A stretch of DNA of 64,000 bases, from the NCBI GenBank assembly GCA_963665115.1, contig OY762007.1:6400001-6464000 (forward strand). The letters are read 5' to 3'. Made by a program: the position numbers and the translations under genes. This DNA comes from an uncultured Rivularia sp. (lineage in GTDB: Bacteria > Cyanobacteriota > Cyanobacteriia > Cyanobacteriales > Nostocaceae). Below are positions 57,006 to 64,000 of this stretch, one piece after another (the stretch's first letter is position 1; each line of letters begins with the position of its first letter). A model generated the notes under the pieces. That model searched no databases. It saw nothing but the letters and a program-made list of their open reading frames with translations, and was not told where the DNA came from.

Positions 57006-58130
57006 TTACCCATTCCCCTGCATATCGGCGGCGTTAACAAAATTGTCTGGTGTGTCAATTGCAGGAAGCTGAATTACTTGCTCAACAGTTGGTCTTTTTT
57101 CTATCTTAAATTCATCAAGTTTTACCGGCTTTCCTGTCTGTGCTGATTCAAGAATCGCACGAATAATACGCACATCTGCTAAACCTTCTCTTCCACAAGG
57201 TTCGGGTTCTTTATTATTCAACACGCAATCGGAAAAATATTGAATTTCTGCACCAAATTGATCGCCAGCAGGATATGATTGCTCTTGTTTTTCACCGTCT
57301 ACAGTAATTTCTTGCTTCAAATCACCTGCATAGGTATAAGCGCTATCCATTCGTAAGTCGCCTTTTGTTCCTACTACTCGCAAGGTTGCTGTAGAAGCAG
57401 CACCAAAACTACTTGTAAAATGTGCCAATCTTTCTTTAGGAAAACGCATCGAAACGCTTGTCATTTCATCAACTTTTTCAAAGCGTTTTTCTCCGTTATT
57501 AGCAATGAAAGCAAATACTTCTGTAGGCTCATCTTGAAATAAGTAACGAACTGCATTAATACAGTAAATACCCATATCATAAAATGAACCGCCACCGTTT
57601 TCAAGTGGTTCTCTTAATCTTACGTTTCCTTCAGCAACCTGTTGCGAAAATACGGAATCAAAGAAACGAAGTTCGCCAATTTTTCCTGACTGAACTATTT
57701 TGACTGCTTCCATATTTGCTTTATCAAAGTGCAGACGATAAGCAATCATTAATTTGACGTTGTTTTCTTTAGCAGCGTTAATCATCTGCTTGCATTCGTC
57801 TTCGGTTATAGCCATTGGCTTTTCACAAAGTACGTGTACACCTACTTTAGCTGCTCTTTCTGTATGTTCGAGATGCAGATGGTTTGGAGAGCCGATGTAT
57901 ACTGCATCAATATTTTCTTTTTTCAAACATTCTTCGTATTGTTCGTAACTGTAAGTAGGAACGTTATACTTTTTACCAAGTTTTTCCTGTTTGGTTTCAT
58001 CTCCAGAAATTAATGCAGCTAATTCAGAGTTTTCGGTGTTAACAAATGCTGGTAAAACGTCTTCTTGAACAATCCATCCCAATGCAACAACTGCATAGCG
58101 TATTTTCTTTTTACCGTTTTGTGTCGCCAT
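57006..58130 (-). CDS. Gfo/Idh/MocA-family oxidoreductase (glucose-fructose oxidoreductase-like)
   Basis: IRYAVVALGWI, IDAVYIGSPNHLH, HVLCEKPMA, LMIAYRLHF, GGGSFYDMGIYCINA. Confidence 0.9.
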   Translation of the reverse strand: MATQNGKKKIRYAVVALGWIVQEDVLPAFVNTENSELAALISGDETKQEKLGKKYNVPTYSYEQYEECLKKENIDAVYIGSPNHLHLEHTERAAKVGVHVLCEKPMAITEDECKQMINAAKENNVKLMIAYRLHFDKANMEAVKIVQSGKIGELRFFDSVFSQQVAEGNVRLREPLENGGGSFYDMGIYCINAVRYLFQDEPTEVFAFIANNGEKRFEKVDEMTSVSMRFPKERLAHFTSSFGAASTATLRVVGTKGDLRMDSAYTYAGDLKQEITVDGEKQEQSYPAGDQFGAEIQYFSDCVLNNKEPEPCGREGLADVRIIRAILESAQTGKPVKLDEFKIEKRPTVEQVIQLPAIDTPDNFVNAADMQGNG

Positions 58131-59203
58131 AATTGTTTACCTATTTTTAGAAATTTGTGTAGAAGCGGTTTGAATAAGATTTTACTAATGCTTATATCAA
58201 TAGATTTTTCTACTTCTGCGCTTTAATCTAAACACTTAAGCGTGTTGCATCCATCTTCCTAGCGATTGAAAACAGTTCAAGCATACTTTCTGTCTACAGA
58301 GGAAGCGTAAAAGTACAGTTGATGATATGGCTTTGACAGCAATCAAAACTAAAGCTGGTATTCGTTGAAAACCCTATACTTATTAAGTCTGCGGTTATAC
58401 CAGCGAAAAAAAATGAAGAAATTAGACGCTCAAATTATTCGGTGCCGGTGGTGGCAGTGGCGATAGTTGGTAAAATATAATGTTTATCAACTTGTTATTA
58501 CGAATAAAGTTTCCGTATCATAACAAATTTATTCATTTTAATGATATCTTGCATCATTCTTAACAACTGCCTTAGAATGAATTGAATTCTTAGGCTCATA
58601 TACAAAGTCAGATAAATCTTACTTCTTGCACCATTCTTAACAACCACCTTAGAATAAATTCTCAGGCTTATATACAAAGTCATCTCAAGATGACTGAGTA
58701 GGGCTTTTAGTGCTTAACGCACTTTGTATGTTAGGCTTGAAATTGGTTTCTCTGCGTTCACGCGGAGCGTGCGGGCTAGAAAGCTTCCGGCTTACAAGGC
58801 GGTTGTGAATGCTAACTGCAAATGGTGCAAATTTTAGTTCTATTTGAAAGTCATTTTAAATAAAAAACAGATGGTTGGTGGTGAAAGCAACTTTTATTTC
58901 TAGCGATAATTCTAAAACTTTAGCAATTAGGTTTCACTTAGATACTCCCGGCTCAATTCTTCTTCCCCAACCAAGGCTTGAAAATAACGTTCCTATTCGT
59001 ATCGTGGGAACATCTTCTTTAAACAACTAAAACTCTAAAGCAAAAAGGGAAGACAATTACCAATGAACAATGAACAATTATTAATTTTTATTGATAATTG
59101 ATTATTGATGACTGATAATTGACCTACCACAATGCTCAATTAACTTATTCTTGCGAAAACCAAGAAAATTTTAGACAATATGAGACAACTTTGTTTATTG
59201 TCT

Positions 59204-59392
59204 TTAGTATTTAAAGCGTCTCTTGCGCTGCTTGGATCTGGCGATCGCCTTGCGCTTATGTTTTTGTAGAGGCGTTTCAAAGTGACGATGCTTCTTGATA
59301 TCGGGCATGATGCCAGCTTTAGAAACTTCGCGCTTGAATCTACGCAATGCTGATTCGATTCCTTCGTTTTCGCCTACAACTATTTGGGTCAT
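59204..59392 (-). CDS. rpsU: 30S ribosomal protein S21
   Basis: [28 protein letters not shown]...HFETP...KRK; true start is ATG 59392 with a GGAGA RBS. Confidence 0.95.
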   Translation of the reverse strand: MTQIVVGENEGIESALRRFKREVSKAGIMPDIKKHRHFETPLQKHKRKAIARSKQRKRRFKY

Positions 59393-59569
59393 TCTTTCTC
59401 CTAATTTAAGGTTACGCTGTCGGGTATAACAATTAATGCTCAAGTGTCAAGATTAGCATTAACCGCGAGCAAAAAAGGGCAAACTAATTGTATGCCCTTA
59501 ATACTCAAAAGTTAAATAATGTTTCAATCGAGTAAGGTAATGTCTATTATATCGTTCGACATTATTCAC

Positions 59570-59851
59570 TTACCACCTACCACCGCCACCACCGGAAGCA
59601 CTTCTTTCTGGTTTTGGCTTAGCTTTATTTACTCGTAGACTGCGCCCCATCCATTCAGCGCCATCAAGGGATTCTATTGCTGTAGCTTCTTCTGCATCAG
59701 AACCCATTTCAATAAATGCAAAACCTCTAACACGCCCTGCTTCCCGATCCATTGGTAAATAAATACTTTTTACTTCTCCATATTCGAGGAAGATTTGCTT
59801 TAGCTCATCTTCCACAACCTCATAAGAGAGATTGCCTACGTAAATCGACAT
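59570..59851 (-). CDS. rbp: RRM RNA-binding protein with Gly-rich tail (cyanobacterial Rbp family)
   Basis: RNP2 IYVGNL, RNP1 RGFAFIEM, LDGAEWMGRSLRVNKAKP, GGGGGRW; lies directly upstream of rpsU. Confidence 0.95.
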   Translation of the reverse strand: MSIYVGNLSYEVVEDELKQIFLEYGEVKSIYLPMDREAGRVRGFAFIEMGSDAEEATAIESLDGAEWMGRSLRVNKAKPKPERSASGGGGGRW

Positions 59852-59857
59852 ACAACG

Positions 59858-59897
59858 TCTCCAGAATTAACAATGTGATGAGATTTACATCCGGAGA
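59858..59897 (-). promoter_or_regulatory. rbp 5'-UTR anti-RBS/RBS stem
   Basis: mRNA UCUCCGGA (59897-59890) can pair with RBS-containing UCUGGAGA (59865-59858): 8 bp including one G-U. Resembles conserved UTR boxes of cold-inducible cyanobacterial rbp genes. Confidence 0.6.
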
Positions 59898-60233
59898 AGT
59901 CTGCAATACATAATCAAACAAACTGAACCACCGAACTCAATCTTATGCCTTATACCATAACATAAATAGTACGGCTCTGTTGCTTCGATATAGTCCTGTT
60001 GTCATCCGCATTTGAACGGAAAATTCTGCTTTATCAAGGAAAATGCTAAATATCAATACTCGCGGCAATTCTTAAATGATAATTTAGATTTTCATCAACT
60101 TTGAAGATAAATTTTATTTTAGATTTTAGATTTTGCGGAAAGTTGAGCAAGTAGGGTGTTTAGTTCCTTAAACTTTCCTGCACCAGATTGGGGATTTTGA
60201 ATTATCATCCCCAATCCAAAATCCGTTGGGGAT

Positions 60234-61497
60234 TTAACCTGCAACCTGCTTCATCACTTCATCAACTATCTGCAAAGCAGCATCTACTTGTGTTTCCGTA
60301 ACAATTAACGGTGGAACAAAACGAACAACTTTCTTACCTGCTGGAACTAATAGTAACCCTTCTTCTATCGCAGCTTTAACTACATCAATAGCATTTAACT
60401 CAATATCTGCTTGCAATTCCATTCCGTTAATTAAACCCCAACCGCGTACTTCGGCAATATGTTCGGGATATTTTGCAGCAATCTTTTGTAAGCCTTGCCG
60501 CAGTTGTTCGCCTCTTTTTTGTACGTTTTCGAGAATATTTTCCTTCTTTAAACTATGACAGACGGCGATCGCCACGGCGCAAGCAAATGGATTACCACCG
60601 AAGGTACTAGCGTGTTTCTCCTGCTTCAAGTACGTTACAGAATTTCTTTGCCATCATCGCACCAATGGGCACACCACCACCTAAACCTTTGGCGCTGGTG
60701 AAAATGTCTGGCTCAACTCCAAGGTATTCGTAACCCCACAATTTACCAGTACGCCCCATTCCCACCTGTACTTCATCAAAAATTAGTAGGATGCCCGTCT
60801 CATCGCAAATCGAACGCAGCTTTTGAAAATATTTTACATCTCCTGGACGAACACCGCCTTCTCCTTGTAACGGTTCTAACAAGATAGCACTGACACCATA
60901 ATCACCTTCATCCAACTCGCTAATTGCTGCTTCTACCGCATCAATATCGTTATAGGGTACGTAATGAAATCCGGGTACTAAAGGTTTAAAGTTTTTGTGA
61001 TACTTCGGTTGTCCTGTCGCGGTAATTGTTGCTAAAGTGCGTCCGTGGAAACTATCTTTTGCCGTTAAAATAATCGGTTTATCGATATCTAAAACGCTAT
61101 GAGCGTATTTTCGCGCCAATTTAATCGCCGCTTCGTTTGCTTCGGCACCGGAATTGCAGAAAAATACTTTATCGGCACAGGAATTATCAACTATCCAACG
61201 CGCCAATTCTCCCTGTTCGGGAATGTAATATAAATTTGAAACGTGGTGTATTTTTTGAATTTGTCGGGTTATAGCCTCTATCAATGCCGGATGGGCGTGT
61301 CCCAAGGTACAGGTAGCAATTCCCGCAACAAAATCTAAATATTCTTTTCCTTCAGTATCCCACAAACGGCATCCAACGCCTTTCTCTAAGGCTATAGGAA
61401 AACGTCCGTAAGTGGACATGACAACTTCATCAAAGCTTTCTTTATTAAAAGGGGTAGATGATGCGTTGGCTTGTTGAACAAGAGTCTCAATGCTCAC
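60234..61497 (-). CDS. argD: Acetylornithine aminotransferase; +1 frameshift at ~60615-60617
   Basis: YLDFVAGIA, FFCNSGAEANEAAIK, SFHGRT, EPLQGEGG, DEVQVGMGRTG, AKGLGGGVPIGA. Removing one A from GAGAAAC gives AGEHASTFGGNPFA and joins ORFs 60607..61497 and 60234..60629. Confidence 0.93.
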
Positions 61498-61671
61498 GGC
61501 TTAACTCCTGAAAATAAGTATATTTACACAACTTTAATCAGTTAAGGGAAAGAGAATGCTTACAAAAAGTAACTACATCCATTTCACCAAAACAGCAAAA
61601 ACTTTCTTAATGCAAGAAGTTTATATTGTAGTGTGTTTTACTTTTTTTGGAAATACATTGCTAAGGGATAA

Positions 61672-62667
61672 TTAATCATCCCAAATGGGCAACCGATCGA
61701 CTTTATCTAACAATACACCAACATAAGTGGTTGCACTACTTTCTACCGCTTCAGTACTAAAGTAACCATTTACACCATCATGAGTATGCGAACCTGTTTC
61801 CACTACCTGATAACGTCCCTGGCGTACTGCTTGAATAAAAGGAGAATTTACCATCCAAGACCAGCGATCGGCAAATATAATTTTAGTAACATCTTCAACC
61901 CAATCTCGGCTACCTCGCAGGTGATATACTTTTTCAACTTTGTTAAATCCTGTTTCACCATCGAAACTACCCCCAACGGAAACTAATATTAACCGTGTAT
62001 TTAACCATTTGTCTAAATACTCTACTGCACCTAAAGATACTTGCGCTCCTCCACTGGTACCGATAAGGATAATTTTTATAGGTTGTTCGGATGTTGTATT
62101 TATAGGAGATGCAGCGTTCATACGTTCTGCGATCGCGTTCGCAATTCCCAAGTTATAAACCGAACCATAGCGACTATCGGCGGAAATAGCAAAACGCCAC
62201 AAATTACGAATTTTGATCAACACATCTGCATTTTTCAACCAACCTTGTCCTTTAGAAGCAAAACGCCATACAGGTGCTAAGAAACGCTGTGCCCCCAAAC
62301 TTTTATTTGCTGCCGAATAAGGAAATACATCATCTACAATTGCACATTGGGCATGAAGTTTTGCTAATTTATTGAGAAATATTTCTTCTCCTGGAGTTAA
62401 TTCGTTAGCGGAAAAGTCTCCAACTCCGGGGAGAAAGATGATATAGCAGTTTTTATCTCCAGCATTAGCTAAACTATTACTTTTAATTAAATCTGGAGTC
62501 GGATTTATATCAAATCCCAAAGCTTGAGTACCCGTACTTAACCACCAAGATAAAGTGCCTACCGGAGCAGTAATTCCCCAAACAATTAATAATATACCTG
62601 CGAAAATTAATAACTTCAAAGTTTCTCCCCGCAGCCATCGCAAAACCTGTTGGATGATTTTTAACAT
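61672..62667 (-). CDS. Hypothetical membrane-anchored protein with alpha/beta-hydrolase-like motif
   Basis: 331-aa ORF, N-terminal hydrophobic helix, IIFLPGVG, nucleophile-elbow-like IGTSGGA, C-terminal HDG. Confidence 0.65.
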   Translation of the reverse strand: MLKIIQQVLRWLRGETLKLLIFAGILLIVWGITAPVGTLSWWLSTGTQALGFDINPTPDLIKSNSLANAGDKNCYIIFLPGVGDFSANELTPGEEIFLNKLAKLHAQCAIVDDVFPYSAANKSLGAQRFLAPVWRFASKGQGWLKNADVLIKIRNLWRFAISADSRYGSVYNLGIANAIAERMNAASPINTTSEQPIKIILIGTSGGAQVSLGAVEYLDKWLNTRLILVSVGGSFDGETGFNKVEKVYHLRGSRDWVEDVTKIIFADRWSWMVNSPFIQAVRQGRYQVVETGSHTHDGVNGYFSTEAVESSATTYVGVLLDKVDRLPIWDD

Positions 62668-62760
62668 TTTATATAATAAACAAATATATGTTCGCAGAAT
62701 ATTGCATATTCAACAATACTCGATTATATTCAAAATTTCAGCAACGTCTAACGAAATAAT

Positions 62761-63336
62761 ATGAATGCGACTCAAAATACATCCAGATGGCAATTATTAT
62801 ATACAATTAAAAATGCTTTACTTTTAAACGAGCAGCTTTACGATAATGCCTGTAATACACCTTTCAATAATCAATTAGCTTTAACTATTGTCATCTTAGC
62901 TGGTGTTTCTCATGCTCTAGGCAGTATTTTTATATTATTAATAAATCGAGCATCAATTTATTTATTATTATTGGCGCTTTTAATTGATGCTCTTTCGATA
63001 ATTATCGGATATTATGTTTGGACTTTGACTATTTGGAAAGTTGGGCAATGGATAAAGTCAATAGATCCAACATTTCGGAGTTTATTAAGTCCAATTGGCT
63101 TTGCTTATGCACCTCAAATATTAAACTTTCTCACTTTAATTCCCTTACTAGGAAGACCAATTGAATTAGTGTTAGCATTATGGAGTCTTTTAGCAGTAAT
63201 TGTAGCGACTACTCAAGCCCTAGATATTACTACCCGTAAAGCAGGCTTAATTTGTTTAATTGCTTGGCCATTAATTCAAATTGCCGTAGGTTTTATTCAA
63301 GTTTTGGAACAGAAAGTAGTCCAATTTGCTAATTAG
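62761..63336 (+). CDS. Yip1-like multi-pass membrane protein
   Basis: 191-aa hydrophobic ORF with IGFAYAPQILNFLTLIPLLG and WSLLAVIVA. Confidence 0.7.
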   Translation: MNATQNTSRWQLLYTIKNALLLNEQLYDNACNTPFNNQLALTIVILAGVSHALGSIFILLINRASIYLLLLALLIDALSIIIGYYVWTLTIWKVGQWIKSIDPTFRSLLSPIGFAYAPQILNFLTLIPLLGRPIELVLALWSLLAVIVATTQALDITTRKAGLICLIAWPLIQIAVGFIQVLEQKVVQFAN

Positions 63337-63339
63337 GGG

Positions 63340-63392
63340 ATTGGGCATTGGGCATTGGTAATTGGTAATTGGTAATTGGTAATTGGTAATTG
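63340..63392 (+). repeat. STRR-type heptamer array (ATTGGGC)2(ATTGGTA)5
   Basis: Read directly between two convergent genes. Confidence 0.9.
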
Positions 63393-63437
63393 AAAAAGGA
63401 AGTAATTAACATAGCAAGTATGGATAAATCCAAAAAA

Positions 63438-64000
63438 TTATTTTAATTCTTCACTTTTTAATTCTTTTACTATGCGTAAAAATAAATCATCTTGACCGAG
63501 AGAATTGATATAGTTTGCATTTAAATAACGTTGATAACTTGAATTCTTCGTAACATGAGTTTTGAACATTGCCAGAGCTAAATAATTGGTATAATCGCGA
63601 GCTAAATTAGGATAAGGACCGATTACTTGTGAAGGTACAGGAATCGAAGAGTCGGGTGATTCTGCAATTGTAGAAAAGTGGGTTCCACCGTTCATTAATA
63701 CTAAATATTTATTTTCGTTTGTTAACCAAGTAAAAGGTATAATCTGTTCTGGATATGCAGGAGCAACTGTATCGGCAGTACCTGCTACAATCATGACTGG
63801 AATATTTATTTTACTCAAGCCTTCTTGACCGTAAACGCTGCTATCTACTGGATTAATTGCAACTGCTGCTTTAATTCTTGGATCTGACAATTTATAATCA
63901 AATGCGGGTAAACCCAACGCTTGACATTGCAATAATAGCGAAACATTTAAAGTGTTTTGGTCAACGGGACAATCCTTTTGCAACTGCGGGAAATTAATTT
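63438..64000 (-). CDS. Alpha/beta hydrolase (predicted dienelactone-hydrolase type), 3' part; starts beyond the window
   Basis: NVSLLLQCQAL, DPRIKAAVAINP, PVMIVAGTADTVAP, GGTHFS; the frame stays open to the window edge. Confidence 0.8.
   Translation of the reverse strand, partial: INFPQLQKDCPVDQNTLNVSLLLQCQALGLPAFDYKLSDPRIKAAVAINPVDSSVYGQEGLSKINIPVMIVAGTADTVAPAYPEQIIPFTWLTNENKYLVLMNGGTHFSTIAESPDSSIPVPSQVIGPYPNLARDYTNYLALAMFKTHVTKNSSYQRYLNANYINSLGQDDLFLRIVKELKSEELK

Larger units (their letters stand above)
1984..62136. repeat. HIP1 octamer GCGATCGC, at least 19 dispersed sites
   Basis: Read at 1984, 3475, 4420, 7457, 10759, 13065, 15178, 18160, 19252, 22454, 23414, 36947, 42932, 45672, 47421, 49620, 59241, 60565, 62129. 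Confidence 0.92.

Noticed and set aside
58498..58820. ORF 58498..58683 and a possible tRNA/tmRNA in the GC-richer stretch
   Set aside because: The ORF just spans the direct duplication and has no motifs; no cloverleaf, T-loop or tag-peptide signature was found.
59393..59443. N-terminal extension of rpsU in the ORF track
   Set aside because: S21 homology and the RBS point to ATG 59392.
2017..60617. Programmed ribosomal frameshifting or phase variation at the six frame breaks
   Set aside because: The runs are only 3-4 nt, lack slippery heptamers, and one hits argD; sequencing error is more parsimonious.

Overview
AT-rich DNA from a filamentous cyanobacterium, probably Nostocales (at least 19 HIP1 GCGATCGC sites, heptamer STRR repeats, rbp-rpsU operon). 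About 1.9-45.6 kb is a co-directional hybrid lipopeptide gene cluster, transcribed away from an AMIN-domain TonB-dependent receptor. Its order is FAAL-acyl-CoA dehydrogenase-ACP starter; two KS-AT0-DH-cMT-ER-KR-ACP PKSs whose AT domains are dead; one KS-AT-KR-carrier PKS; a stand-alone luciferase-like monooxygenase; an IsiC-like hydrolase-fold gene; two NRPSs (predicted D-Asn, Gly, D-Val-like); and two ABC half-transporters. The line ends in an epimerase plus docking tail, with no thioesterase and no canonical chelator-forming enzyme in view. Next comes a scar where 5'-truncated exbD and dGTPase remnants meet at an 8-bp inverted repeat; the dGTPase is also split by a MITE. The rest holds a ~3,140-aa DUF4347/beta-propeller/RTX protein, a Gfo oxidoreductase, rbp-rpsU, argD and three hypothetical or hydrolase genes. 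The PKS/NRPS genes are riddled with frame-preserving palindromic and tandem-repeat inserts, some nested. Six frameshifts in short homopolymers, one in argD, are most likely sequencing errors.
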